Shown: positions 27,048 to 36,749, numbered from the stretch's first letter. The stretch is 64,000 nt of DNA from Candidatus Omnitrophota bacterium (GCA_015233115.1 JADFYJ010000006.1:65801-129800), one strand, 5' to 3'. Translations and numbers: made by a program. Notes: generated by a model from the sequence alone, not told the origin.

Positions 27048-28130
27048 GTGAAAACAATTCAAGTCAAAATAACGTCTAATCCCTACTTTATTATCGTCGG
27101 AAACGGTATATTAAAAGATATTGGCCAGCATATCAAAGCTTTAAAATGCGGTCAGGACGCGGTCATTATCACGAATTCCGCGATTAATAAATTATACGGC
27201 GGAATAGTATCTAAGAGTTTAAAAGCGCAGGGCATATCGTCGCATGTCATTGAAGTGGCGGACGGGGAAAAGAGCAAGCAATTTAAGGTTGCCATTGATG
27301 TCATTCAAAAGATCGCGCAGTTTGATGTGTATAAAAAACCATTTATTATCGCTTTAGGCGGGGGAGTGGTGGGGGATTTGTCCGGTTTTGTCGCGTCGAT
27401 CTATAAGCGCGGCATTCCTTATATTCAAGTGCCAACGACCTTGCTCGCGCAAATTGATTCCGCGATTGGCGGAAAAACGGCGATAGACCTTCCAGTGGGG
27501 AAAAATTTGGTAGGCGCCTTTTATCAGCCGCGGATGGTTTATTCCGATGTGGCCGTTTTAAAATCTTTGGATCAGCGGCAAATTTTAAACGGTTTTAGCG
27601 AAGCTGTAAAATACGGTGTGATTTGTGATGTCAATTTGTTTTCATTTTTGGAAAAGCATTATTCCAAATTGCTTCAAGCTGATCTGAAATTGTTAGAGTT
27701 AGTGGTGGCAGAATGCAGTAAGATCAAAGCCGAGGTTGTTGCTCTAGATGAAAAAGAAACCATAGGCTTACGCACGATTCTTAATTTTGGCCATACAGTG
27801 GGGCATGCGGTCGAGGCCGCCAGTAAGTTTGGCCGTTACCAGCATGGAGAGGCAGTAGCGCTTGGTATGCGCGCGGCAGCCATGATTTCTCTAGAATTAA
27901 AATTAGTTCCTAAAAAAGATGTTGTCCGCTTAAATCAACTCTTAACTGATATGGGCCTTCCGGAAACTATTCAAAATGTCCAATTATCCGATATCATGAG
28001 TCTAATGCGGCGTGATAAAAAATTCATATCCGGCAAGAATCGCCTGGTTCTTATGCGTAAAATTGGTAAAGTAGAAGTGATTGAAGCCATCCCCAGTCAT
28101 ATCATTGAATCCGCTTTGCGACAGATTTAA
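27048..28130 (+). CDS. aroB: 3-dehydroquinate synthase
   Basis: GGGVVGDLSGF, PTTLLAQIDSAIGGKT, LNFGHT and HGEAV motifs. Confidence 0.95.
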   Translation: MKTIQVKITSNPYFIIVGNGILKDIGQHIKALKCGQDAVIITNSAINKLYGGIVSKSLKAQGISSHVIEVADGEKSKQFKVAIDVIQKIAQFDVYKKPFIIALGGGVVGDLSGFVASIYKRGIPYIQVPTTLLAQIDSAIGGKTAIDLPVGKNLVGAFYQPRMVYSDVAVLKSLDQRQILNGFSEAVKYGVICDVNLFSFLEKHYSKLLQADLKLLELVVAECSKIKAEVVALDEKETIGLRTILNFGHTVGHAVEAASKFGRYQHGEAVALGMRAAAMISLELKLVPKKDVVRLNQLLTDMGLPETIQNVQLSDIMSLMRRDKKFISGKNRLVLMRKIGKVEVIEAIPSHIIESALRQI

Positions 28131-28295
28131 TCCTCCTTTTGAGCAGTAAAAATAAATATTTTAAATTTTTTGTGCTCTCATCGTCTAAGAAAACGTTTTC
28201 TTGATATTGGCGTTTAACCATTGTTTGAATGTTTTAATGTGGCTTACTTAGTTCAGGGGTTGAATTTTGGTAGAATGACAACAAGGAGGAATAAA

Positions 28296-28928
28296 ATGAA
28301 GAAGGTATTAAAAATCGTTTTTTTAGTTTTAATTTTGGCAGGAGCGGTGAAATTAGGGTTAGCGGATATGGTGTTTAAATATCAACCGTATGACGCAGTG
28401 ACCAAAGGAGACATTACCACAAATTCAACTTCAATGGCTGGGGAAGTTATCATAACTAATACTTCAGATAAAGATTTTTCCAATAAGATTCATTTATCAA
28501 AATTGGAAATTTATGCTGTAGGGCAAGAAGCTCCTTTGAAGAGTTTTAAAGTGGAAATGTTTCCTCGGGATGATTCGACTTTAACAGATCCCGGCGTTCC
28601 ATCATTTGGATCAAGAGCTTATATTATATATCCTATGTCCATGCGTGTGTTAACAGAAGGAAAGTATTTAGTGCGGTTATATTTTGAGAATTATGATACG
28701 ATCTTAAAGAAGTTTGCAATTGCGCAAATTATGGAAGTTAAGAGCCCGGATACTATTCAAGATGTTGCGAGGGGAATTGTTCAAGTTCAGTCAACAATGA
28801 AGACTGTTAGCACAAAAACAGATATTCAGACAGTTGGTCAGGCTATGGGAAAAGTCAATGACAATGTTAGCCAAATTTTAAGTAAAGTAAATAGTCTCGC
28901 GCCTTCATCGACGCTTGGCGGTAGATAA
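28296..28928 (+). CDS. Hypothetical exported protein
   Basis: AGGAGG RBS, MKKVLK + hydrophobic signal; no recognisable family. Confidence 0.6.
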   Translation: MKKVLKIVFLVLILAGAVKLGLADMVFKYQPYDAVTKGDITTNSTSMAGEVIITNTSDKDFSNKIHLSKLEIYAVGQEAPLKSFKVEMFPRDDSTLTDPGVPSFGSRAYIIYPMSMRVLTEGKYLVRLYFENYDTILKKFAIAQIMEVKSPDTIQDVARGIVQVQSTMKTVSTKTDIQTVGQAMGKVNDNVSQILSKVNSLAPSSTLGGR

Positions 28929-28947
28929 CCTCAGATTAAAGTATAAC

Positions 28948-28980
28948 AAAAGCGCTGGTCTTAACTGACCAGCGCTTTTT
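28948..28980. terminator. Bidirectional intrinsic terminator
   Basis: AAAAGCGCTGGTC-TTAACT-GACCAGCGCTTTTT between convergent genes. Confidence 0.85.
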
Positions 28981-28988
28981 AAATAGTA

Positions 28989-29240
28989 TTACTCGCCATA
29001 ATGCGTCTTAGCGCGTTCAATGTAAACAATTTTTGCTTTTTCATCTATCGAATAAACCAGACGGTCTTTTATGTTGAGGCGAAATGAATAACTTCCAAAG
29101 AGATCACCGATTAATTTTTTTCCAGAATACGGATCTAGGGCGATCAGATTAATGAGGATTTCTTTGAGTTTTAATTTAAGCTTCGGAGTGAGTTTTTCAA
29201 TGTCTTTTTTTGCTTGGTGAGTGATTTGGATACTGTACAT
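28989..29240 (-). CDS. RelE/YoeB-superfamily toxin
   Basis: KKLIGDLFGSYSFRLNIKDRLVY...THYGE. Confidence 0.85.
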   Translation of the reverse strand: MYSIQITHQAKKDIEKLTPKLKLKLKEILINLIALDPYSGKKLIGDLFGSYSFRLNIKDRLVYSIDEKAKIVYIERAKTHYGE

Positions 29241-29245
29241 GATAG

Positions 29246-29500
29246 CTAGTCTTTAAAAACATCATCCATTGAATAAACTTTGCCTTGTTTGATTTCTTTT
29301 TTCGCTTGCTGGACGCTTTTAAGAAGTCCCGGCTCTGATAACAATTCCAGGGTTTCCATTAAATCTTCATAATCATTTTCTGACAACAAAACCGCATTCC
29401 CGTCTTTAGATGTAATATGCACAGGATTATGCCCGTTTATGGATTTTTTTATCAATTCAAACCAATTATTTCGCGCGTAGGTCGCTGTAATTAAATTCAT
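29246..29500 (-). CDS. Phd/YefM family antitoxin
   Basis: TYARNNWFELI...PVHITSKDGNAVLLSE...ETLELLS. Confidence 0.88.
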   Translation of the reverse strand: MNLITATYARNNWFELIKKSINGHNPVHITSKDGNAVLLSENDYEDLMETLELLSEPGLLKSVQQAKKEIKQGKVYSMDDVFKD

Positions 29501-29512
29501 AATTATAACCTC

Positions 29513-29552
29513 CTTATGTACATAATATAGTACATAAGAGCTTTATTGTCAA
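29513..29552 (-). promoter_or_regulatory. TA promoter with TGTACA-type operator
   Basis: TTGACA on the minus strand (29547-29552) and CTTATGTAC...GTACATAAG inverted repeat over the -10 region. Confidence 0.6.
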
Positions 29553-29577
29553 TGTGGGTCAGTATTTTTTAGTTTTT

Positions 29578-29603
29578 GGCTATATGCTACATGCCATATG
29601 CTA
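29578..29603 (-). repeat. Solo microsatellite arm, TAGCATA type
   Basis: Minus strand TAGCATA-TGGCATG-TAGCATA-TAGC immediately after the stop of 29609-30145. Confidence 0.6.
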
Positions 29604-29608
29604 TTTAA

Positions 29609-30145
29609 TTATTTCGCCACTTTTAGCGTAAGCTCCACGCCGTCTTTCACTAATTTTACGGATTGCAGGTCTATGGATTGGATTGTGTAACCATCTATCT
29701 CTGCGCCGGTCTCGTACACTTCACCATTAATGAGCGCGACTTTTTTAGTGCCGGTTGACATGATGCCGCTAATCACAAAAGTCGGCGCTTGTGTCGGCGG
29801 AGCAGTATGCACGATAGGAGGCACCGAAGCTGTGGGTAATGCTGTGATTGCTTGAGTTGACACTTTTGATGCCGTAACCGGTGAAGGCGATTTTTGTGTT
29901 AAATTTTTTGATTTGTGATTGATCGCGACAGTGTTGTAGACCGTGATGCATAAAAGGACAAGACAGACACCCACCAAGATCTTGATCATGATTCCATGAT
30001 TTTCATTGTTGGGCTCTATTGGCAACGGCGAAATAAATGATTGGTCATTTCCAACCGGATTCGGTTGTTCAGTTGGTTGGTTGGTTTGCGTGTTCTTTTG
30101 CATAACATTTTGGGTTTTTTTAAGCGCGTCATTAATGATGCTCAT
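29609..30145 (-). CDS. GspB/ExeB-like membrane protein
   Basis: MSIINDALKK start, TM helix, C-terminal ISGIM...ALING domain; coupled to an ExeA-like ATPase. Confidence 0.7.
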   Translation of the reverse strand: MSIINDALKKTQNVMQKNTQTNQPTEQPNPVGNDQSFISPLPIEPNNENHGIMIKILVGVCLVLLCITVYNTVAINHKSKNLTQKSPSPVTASKVSTQAITALPTASVPPIVHTAPPTQAPTFVISGIMSTGTKKVALINGEVYETGAEIDGYTIQSIDLQSVKLVKDGVELTLKVAK

Positions 30146-30954
30146 TTGATAAATACCTCCTCGGCACTGTTCTGTACCATATTTTCATCGATGACGGTTG
30201 ATTCCGCGATAAAACCCGCCAATAAAGCCCGGTCGCACAAAATGTTGACCAGCCGTGGTGTGCCGTTGGATAACTGGTAAATTTGTTCAAGCGCTTTAGA
30301 TGAAAAGGTAATTTTACAAGGGAGAGAGTGGGAGGCGATTTTTATGCGGTGATGAATATAGTCCGACATGTCAGCTTTTTCTAAAGGCGCTAAGTGATAC
30401 CGTACAAAAATACGTTGATTGAGTTGGGTCAATTCCGGAAGATTTAGCATGTAATTGAGTTCCGGCTGTCCGACGAGAATTATTTGCAATAATTTTTCTT
30501 TTTCTGTTTCCAGATTGGAAAGCATGCGGATTTGTTCCAGCTGTCGCGGCTTTAAGTTTTGCGCTTCGTCAATGATTAGGACGACATTATGATTTTTATT
30601 CGTCTCTTCAATGAGAAAATCATTTAAGGCGTTCATCAGATCAAATTTATTTTTAAATTTACCGGTAATACCGAGATCTTTGAGGATTAGGTTTAAAAGC
30701 TGAAGGTCTGTGAAGCTGGGATTTAAAATCAGCGCGGTCTTGACGGTTTTATCTAGTTTATTGAGGAGTATCCGGCAAAGCGTAGTTTTTCCGGTTCCAA
30801 TCTCACCAGAAATAACAATAATCCCTTTCCGGTTCATGATCCCGTACTTGAGGTGACTGAACGCTTCCTCATGTTTAGGACTGGAAAAATAAAATCCCGG
30901 ATCAGCTGTGATACTGAAAGGATTTTCCTTAAGATGGTAAAAGGCTTTATACAT
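30142..30954 (-). CDS. ExeA/GspA-like AAA ATPase
   Basis: MYKAFYHLKENPFS, GEIGTGKTT, IIDEAQNL, LVGQPEL and GTPRLVNILCDRALL motifs. Confidence 0.9.
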   Translation of the reverse strand: MYKAFYHLKENPFSITADPGFYFSSPKHEEAFSHLKYGIMNRKGIIVISGEIGTGKTTLCRILLNKLDKTVKTALILNPSFTDLQLLNLILKDLGITGKFKNKFDLMNALNDFLIEETNKNHNVVLIIDEAQNLKPRQLEQIRMLSNLETEKEKLLQIILVGQPELNYMLNLPELTQLNQRIFVRYHLAPLEKADMSDYIHHRIKIASHSLPCKITFSSKALEQIYQLSNGTPRLVNILCDRALLAGFIAESTVIDENMVQNSAEEVFIK

Positions 30955-31093
30955 TAAGTGAATTATAGCACAGATTAAAAATAAAGATTAAGCAAAAAAA
31001 GCAAAATTTTATTTTTGCTTTTTTCGGTGAATTTTACTAGGCAAAACCCGGGTTTATGTTATAATTCACACGAAAATCGGGAAGAGGTGAAAA

Positions 31094-31414
31094 GTGTTTG
31101 CACAGTATGAGAAACGACAAAGTAACCGTATTCGGTTTCATGAGCCAGTGCAATATCAACTGAAAAAGCCCGGGCATTTTGGCGGGTGTTTATCATGCGA
31201 TTTAAGCGTGGGCGGATTGCAGATCAATTTTTCTCAATTTGTGCCGGTGGGGACTGAAATGTTGCTGACTGTTCCGCTGGGTCGGGAACAGATCGTGGAA
31301 TGTGAAGGAAAAGTGGCGTGGGTGGAACAGCTCGCGGATGACCGTTTTCATGTGGGCGTCAAGTTTGTGCAGGATACATTTTCCTCGAAAGTATTAAAAA
31401 AATTTTTAGAATAA
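31094..31414 (+). CDS. PilZ domain protein
   Basis: EKRQSNR (RxxxR) and DLSVGG (DxSxxG) motifs. Confidence 0.85.
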   Translation: MFAQYEKRQSNRIRFHEPVQYQLKKPGHFGGCLSCDLSVGGLQINFSQFVPVGTEMLLTVPLGREQIVECEGKVAWVEQLADDRFHVGVKFVQDTFSSKVLKKFLE

Positions 31415-31440
31415 CATAATTAGCAAGGAGTAGAATCAAA

Positions 31441-31593
31441 ATGGCAGATGAAGTTGCAGTCGTTAAAAATTGTGCTGGTTGTAAAAAAATTATGAAAAAG
31501 CAGAAACGTTATTATCGTAACGGCAATTATTATTGCAACAAGAATTGTTTCAATAATAAACAAGCTGAAGAGTCAAAACCCTCAGCCGCGTAA
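31441..31593 (+). CDS. Unannotated 50-aa Cys-rich (probable zinc-finger) protein
   Basis: AAGGAG RBS; MADEVAVVKNCAGCKKIMKKQKRYYRNGNYYCNKNCFNNKQAEESKPSAA*; fills the gap between the two PilZ genes. Confidence 0.7.
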   Translation: MADEVAVVKNCAGCKKIMKKQKRYYRNGNYYCNKNCFNNKQAEESKPSAA

Positions 31594-31604
31594 GGAGCAG
31601 TCTT

Positions 31605-31976
31605 GTGAATGTTAATAAACCAAATACAGAACGTCGTCAGCATCAACGGATCAAGAATAATGTTCCTTTAAAGCTTTCGCATGATTTGGGGGATTCAGTC
31701 ACTGAGACTTTCAATTTAAGCCGTTCCGGCGCTTATTGCCAGGTTCAAGGTTATATCGAGCCTATGACTAAGATGAAGATCCAATTATTATTGCCTCTTC
31801 AGAAAAATGGTAAAACCGTGAGTAAAAAAATGATTTGTCAGGGCGTGGTCGTGCGGGTGGAACCGTCAGACAAAAAAGATCATTTTAACGTGGCGGTCTT
31901 TTTTAATGAGATGTCGGATAAAAATTCCGAAGCCTTGGCTGATTATGTTAATCATGTTTTGAAAAAGAATGTCTGA
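31605..31976 (+). CDS. PilZ domain protein
   Basis: ERRQHQR and NLSRSG motifs. Confidence 0.85.
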   Translation: MNVNKPNTERRQHQRIKNNVPLKLSHDLGDSVTETFNLSRSGAYCQVQGYIEPMTKMKIQLLLPLQKNGKTVSKKMICQGVVVRVEPSDKKDHFNVAVFFNEMSDKNSEALADYVNHVLKKNV

Positions 31977-31983
31977 TCATTGA

Positions 31984-32679
31984 ATGGCTCAATCTATTAA
32001 ACTCATTCCGGTAGTCTATTCTGATGATGAGCTGATGATTTTTAATAAGCCTGCCCGTCTTTTGGTGATCGCCACTCCCAAGGGGGAAGATCATACTTTA
32101 ACGAATATTGTGAATGAACAGTATTCAAAAGATCAGAGTAAACTGCATCCCTGCCATAGGCTGGACCGGGATACTTCCGGTCTGATTATTTATGCCAAGG
32201 GTAAAAAAAATCAGCAGAAGATGATGGATTTGTTTCATCAGCATAAAGTGAATAAAAAATATCTTGCGTTCGTTCAGGGATTGCTGAAAAATAAAACCGG
32301 GGAATTCAAAAGTAAAGTTGTGAATTTGGAGCAGCAGCATTTTGGTATTAACGACGGAAAAATGGCAGTCACGCAATATCAGGTTATTGCTCAGGAAAAA
32401 ACTTTTGCCATTGTTTTAGTCAATATATTGACTGGACGGACAAATCAGATTAGAATTCATTTTAGCGATAAAGGGTATCCATTGCTTGGAGACCGTAAAT
32501 ATGGACGCGGCCGTGATTTTCAGTTGAGCTTTCGCAGAACCGCGCTGCACGCAATGTTTTTAGATTTCCCGCATCCGGTGACGGGTCAAGTTGTTTCCGT
32601 GAAAGCTGAGCTGCCCGAAGATATGAAAAGTTTCTTGCAAAAGCAGGGTGTGATCTTAGATAATATTTTGTTAAGTTAA
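31984..32679 (+). CDS. RluA family pseudouridine synthase
   Basis: NKPA, HRLDRDTSG, TGRTNQIRIH and GDRKYG motifs. Confidence 0.9.
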   Translation: MAQSIKLIPVVYSDDELMIFNKPARLLVIATPKGEDHTLTNIVNEQYSKDQSKLHPCHRLDRDTSGLIIYAKGKKNQQKMMDLFHQHKVNKKYLAFVQGLLKNKTGEFKSKVVNLEQQHFGINDGKMAVTQYQVIAQEKTFAIVLVNILTGRTNQIRIHFSDKGYPLLGDRKYGRGRDFQLSFRRTALHAMFLDFPHPVTGQVVSVKAELPEDMKSFLQKQGVILDNILLS

Positions 32680-32715
32680 GTTTTTTGTGACTTTATTGTT
32701 TTTATGCGTTTTGAC

Positions 32716-32755
32716 TTTGTTACTCTGTTGCAGGGTTACTTTGTTACTCTGTCAT
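32716..32755. repeat. Solo right arm, GTAAC type
   Basis: TTTGTTAC-TCTGTTGC-AGGGTTAC-TTTGTTAC-TCTGTCAT preceded by T-rich sequence. Confidence 0.75.
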
Positions 32756-32778
32756 TTTTTAATTCAGGAGGTTTCTGC

Positions 32779-33276
32779 ATGTTGAAGAAGCTTTTAACCA
32801 TAGGATGCGCAATATTATTGACGGGATGTTCAACGGCTTCAGTTCCGAAATATCTTCAGTCTAAAAATCCTTATGTTAAAAGATTCTACGGAAATTATGA
32901 TCAGACTCTCGATGCTGTCCGTTCCGCGATGAAAGAAACTGGCTGGGCCATTGAAAAAGAAGTGCCGCCTACGATTTATGAATATAGTACCTCATCGGAA
33001 TTTGGCGATAAACGTCAGCTTTTGATATTGAGCAATGTGAGAGCGACTCCATATTTTGTCGGCACCCGTTACAGCCGGATCAATGTGTATATCCGCGAAG
33101 GATCGGCTGATCAAACCGAGGTTGAACTGCGTTATCTGAAAGTCAATTCTTTCCCTTTCAAAGGTTTTTATCGCTACGGCCGTAAAGAATTTTCTCAGAC
33201 GTTTTTTGATTCCATCGAGAAAACACTGGCCGGACGAAGGATCAATAACCTAGACATTAATCAAACTCTAAAGTAA
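32779..33276 (+). CDS. Hypothetical lipoprotein
   Basis: AGGAGG RBS, lipobox LLTGC. Confidence 0.7.
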   Translation: MLKKLLTIGCAILLTGCSTASVPKYLQSKNPYVKRFYGNYDQTLDAVRSAMKETGWAIEKEVPPTIYEYSTSSEFGDKRQLLILSNVRATPYFVGTRYSRINVYIREGSADQTEVELRYLKVNSFPFKGFYRYGRKEFSQTFFDSIEKTLAGRRINNLDINQTLK

Positions 33277-33278
33277 AA

Positions 33279-35264
33279 TTGAACGCTTTTAAATTAAAAA
33301 GTCCATTTAAACCAGTGACTGAACAATTGGATGCGGTTGAGCGATTGTATCAGGGCATGAAAAATGGTTCCAAAGCGCAAGTGCTTTTAGGTGTCACTGG
33401 TTCCGGGAAAACTTTTACTCTGGCGAATGTCATTGAACGCTTAAACCGTCCGACCTTAGTAATTTCCCACAATAAAACTTTAGCAGCCCAACTGTATTCT
33501 GAGTTTAAAGAATTTTTTCCTGAAAACGCGGTGGAATATTTCGTAAGCTATTACGATTATTATCAGCCTGAAGCGTATGTTCCCCAAACTGATTTGTATA
33601 TTGAAAAAGACGCGGCTATTAATGACCGGCTCGACCGTCTGCGTTTATCATCAACCACCAGTCTCATGACCCGCCGGGATGTGATCGTGGTGGCCAGCGT
33701 TTCATGCATTTATAATTTAGGTTCACCGGAAGATTACACTCAATATCTGCTGCAGATGAAGGTGGGTCAGGAAATTGATCGGGATGAAATGGTTCGTCAA
33801 TTAGTGGATATCCAATATGAACGTAATGACGTGGATTTTAGCCGCGGAAAAATCCGGGTGAGAGGGGACACTGTGGAAGTGTTTCCGGCTTATCGTCAGG
33901 ATGCGTTACGGATCAGGTTTTTCGGCGATGAAATAGAACGGATTAGCCAAATCGACCCTTTAACCGGCGACGAACAAGTCCGCTTAGACCAAGCCGCGGT
34001 TTATCCGGCCAAACATTTTATTATTTCTCATCCCCGTCTGGAAATAGCTTGTCTGCAGATTGAGAATGAAATGAAAGAACAAGTTGCCTTGCTGCAGAAA
34101 GACGGAAAATTGGTGGAAGCTCAGCGATTAGAGTCCCGGACCAGATATGATTTAGAAATGATGAGGAGTATTGGGTATTGTAATGGCATTGAAAATTACT
34201 CACGGGTTTTGTCTGAGCGGCCCCCAGGCAGTCGTCCGTCTTGTTTGATTGATTATTTTCCTAAGGATTTTATTACCTTGATTGATGAATCTCATGTGAC
34301 GGTCCCGCAATTAAATGGAATGTACGCGGGCGACAGGGCAAGGAAAGAAACTCTGGTTAGATACGGCTTTCGTTTACCGTCGTGTTTGGACAACCGGCCG
34401 CTTAAATTTACGGAATTTGAAAAAGTGGTGGATCAACGCATTTATGTGTCTGCCACGCCTAGCCCGTATGAGATTAAAGATGCCCAGGGCCAAGTCGTGG
34501 AACAGATTATCCGTCCGACCGGGATCGTTGACCCCATGATTGAAGTCCGCCCGACCACTGGCCAGATTGAGGATTTGTTAAAAGAAATTAACAGCCGCGC
34601 AGAGCGTAATGAACGCGTTTTAGTGACGACCTTAACCAAACGAATGTCTGAGGACTTAAGTGAATTTTTAGCGGATCGCGGCGTTAAAGTGAAATATCTG
34701 CATTCGGATATTCAAACCATAGACCGGACTAAAATTTTAAAAGATCTACGGTTGAAGAAATACGATTGTCTGGTGGGAGTGAATTTGTTAAGGGAAGGGC
34801 TTGATTTACCTGAGGTGTCTCTCGTCGCGATTTTGGATGCGGATAAGCAAGGTTTTTTACGTTCTGAAACCTCTTTGATTCAGACTTCAGGCCGCGCCGC
34901 GCGTAATGTGAACGGCATTGTCATCATGTACGCGGATACAGTCAGCCAGGCTATGGCCAAGACTATTTTTGAATGCCAGCGTCGAAGAAAAATTCAGCTG
35001 GCGTTTAACATGGAGCATCATATTACACCAACCACCATTATTAGAGCTTTGAGTGAAGGGATTGAAAGTTTGGCCGTTGAAGAGGGTGACGAAGTGCTAC
35101 TTGACGCAGTAGGCCAAAGTGAGGCAGAATATAACCTTAGTTCTTATATCAGTGAACTTGAAGCAGACATGGAACAGGCCGCGCGAAATTTACATTTCGA
35201 AAAAGCCGCGCAAATAAGGGATAAGATTGAAGAAGTAAAAAAAAGTAACCGAGTAACAGAGTAA
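33279..35264 (+). CDS. uvrB: Excinuclease ABC subunit B
   Basis: GVTGSGKT, HNKTLAAQL, YYDYYQPEAY, DESH and GRAARN motifs; C-terminal UVR domain. Confidence 0.97.
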   Translation: MNAFKLKSPFKPVTEQLDAVERLYQGMKNGSKAQVLLGVTGSGKTFTLANVIERLNRPTLVISHNKTLAAQLYSEFKEFFPENAVEYFVSYYDYYQPEAYVPQTDLYIEKDAAINDRLDRLRLSSTTSLMTRRDVIVVASVSCIYNLGSPEDYTQYLLQMKVGQEIDRDEMVRQLVDIQYERNDVDFSRGKIRVRGDTVEVFPAYRQDALRIRFFGDEIERISQIDPLTGDEQVRLDQAAVYPAKHFIISHPRLEIACLQIENEMKEQVALLQKDGKLVEAQRLESRTRYDLEMMRSIGYCNGIENYSRVLSERPPGSRPSCLIDYFPKDFITLIDESHVTVPQLNGMYAGDRARKETLVRYGFRLPSCLDNRPLKFTEFEKVVDQRIYVSATPSPYEIKDAQGQVVEQIIRPTGIVDPMIEVRPTTGQIEDLLKEINSRAERNERVLVTTLTKRMSEDLSEFLADRGVKVKYLHSDIQTIDRTKILKDLRLKKYDCLVGVNLLREGLDLPEVSLVAILDADKQGFLRSETSLIQTSGRAARNVNGIVIMYADTVSQAMAKTIFECQRRRKIQLAFNMEHHITPTTIIRALSEGIESLAVEEGDEVLLDAVGQSEAEYNLSSYISELEADMEQAARNLHFEKAAQIRDKIEEVKKSNRVTE

Positions 35265-35392
35265 CAGAGCAAAAGCGATTGCTGGAAAAAACGATAGGCG
35301 ATATAAAATAATTTTTTTGAGGTTTTGTTTAGAGATTTTATATAATTTTTTTGTTTTTACTTTGTTACTCTGTCACTTGGTTACTTTGTTAC
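35245..35392. repeat. Inverted-microsatellite element, GTAAC type, overlapping the uvrB stop
   Basis: GTAACCGA-GTAACAGA-GTAACAGA-GCAAAAGCGATTG ... TTTGTTAC-TCTGTCAC-TTGGTTAC-TTTGTTAC. Confidence 0.9.
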
Positions 35393-35426
35393 TATTTAAA
35401 CCTTTCAGGCAAGATCGGATAATAAT

Positions 35427-36197
35427 ATGTTACTAGGGATTGATATTGGAAATACCTCGATTTCATTCGGGGTAATGAGAAAAGGAAAGGTGGTTGACAA
35501 TTTCTCCATCCTTTCCAAACAAACCAAAACTGCTTTGGCTTCATCATTGGACAAGGTTTTATCCCGGATCCATAAACAATATCCCTTGATTACCCAATGT
35601 TTGATGTGCAGTGTTGTGCCCAAAATTAATTCCATTGTTATCCGCTATGTTCAAGGAATTGTGGATATTAATGTGGAACGAATTGGGAAAGATATTATCG
35701 TGCCTATTGCCAATCATTATCATGAGCCTTCACAAGTTGGGCAAGACCGTTTGCTGGTAGCTTATGCCGCGAAATGTTTATATGGGACCCCTACTGTGGT
35801 CATTGATTTAGGTACAGCCATAACTTTTGATGTGGTTTCGAAAAAAGGAACTTACGAGGGAGGAATGATTGTGCCCGGTATCCGCTTGTCAGCCGAATCG
35901 CTTTTTAAAGGAACAGCTTTACTTCCGCAATTAAAAGAATTTACCAAGCCTAAACATTTGATTGGCAAAAACACTAAAGACAGTATTTTGAGTGGTTTGT
36001 TCAACGGTTATTCCGCCATGTGCGACGGGTTAATAAAACAATTTCAGGAAATATTGGGACCCAAAACCAAGGTTATCCTTACCGGCGGTTACGCGCCATT
36101 AATCCGCAAAGGTTTGCCTCCGTATTGTGTGTATGATCAGGATTTGGTGTTTAGGGGCATGAGTATGCTAGTCTTCGGTATGAAATGTTTTAGTTGA
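35427..36197 (+). CDS. coaX: Type III pantothenate kinase
   Basis: IDIGNT, SVVP, GQDR, DLGTAITFD, GGMIVPG and TGG motifs. Confidence 0.92.
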   Translation: MLLGIDIGNTSISFGVMRKGKVVDNFSILSKQTKTALASSLDKVLSRIHKQYPLITQCLMCSVVPKINSIVIRYVQGIVDINVERIGKDIIVPIANHYHEPSQVGQDRLLVAYAAKCLYGTPTVVIDLGTAITFDVVSKKGTYEGGMIVPGIRLSAESLFKGTALLPQLKEFTKPKHLIGKNTKDSILSGLFNGYSAMCDGLIKQFQEILGPKTKVILTGGYAPLIRKGLPPYCVYDQDLVFRGMSMLVFGMKCFS

Positions 36198-36246
36198 CAA
36201 ATTCATTTTTTTTGGTAAATTAGCACTCTGGCGAAAGTAGTGCTAA
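36194..36246 (+). promoter_or_regulatory. groESL promoter with CIRCE element (HrcA operator)
   Basis: TTGACA at 36194; TTAGCACTC-N9-TAGTGCTAA at 36220-36246 (one mismatch to the CIRCE consensus). Confidence 0.9.
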
Positions 36247-36299
36247 TAACGTATTTTTATACATTTTTCGTTTAATTCCATAAATCAAGGAGGAGGAGC

Positions 36300-36593
36300 A
36301 TGAACATTCAACCATTAGGAGACAGGATCCTGGTCAAAGTACTAGCAGCAATGGAAACGACCAAGGGCGGTATTGTGTTGCCTGACACAGCCAAAGAAAA
36401 ACCACAAGAGGGTGAAATCGTGGCAGTTGGTAAAGGCCGCAAAGATGACAAAGGCAATGTGATCGCGTTGGAAGTCAAAGTGGGCGATAAGGTTTTGTAT
36501 GGCAAATATAGCGGTACTGAACTGACCACCAAAGAAGGCGAAGAATATTTAATTATGCGCGAAGAAGATGTTTTCGCAATAGTCAAAAAATAA
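36300..36593 (+). CDS. groES: Co-chaperonin GroES
   Basis: [22 protein letters not shown] and KYSGTE motifs. Confidence 0.97.
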   Translation: MNIQPLGDRILVKVLAAMETTKGGIVLPDTAKEKPQEGEIVAVGKGRKDDKGNVIALEVKVGDKVLYGKYSGTELTTKEGEEYLIMREEDVFAIVKK

Positions 36594-36617
36594 TAAATAG
36601 GGGAACATGATGTTTTA

Positions 36618-36698
36618 TTGTTGATGGTTGATAGTTTTTGGTTTTTGGAAAAAACGGATGATTTCAACAGCAAAATCAACAACCAACAACCAAAAACC
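36618..36698. repeat. Inverted-microsatellite element, GGTT/AACC type, between groES and groEL
   Basis: TGTTGAT-GGTTGAT-AGTTTTT-GGTTTTT-GGAAAAAACG ... AATCAAC-AACCAAC-AACCAAA-AACC; followed by CGTGTCCCCC at ~36713. Confidence 0.8.
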
Positions 36699-36749
36699 GA
36701 CACTTTAAATTTCGTGTCCCCCGACAAATAAAAATACGGAGGATATAAA

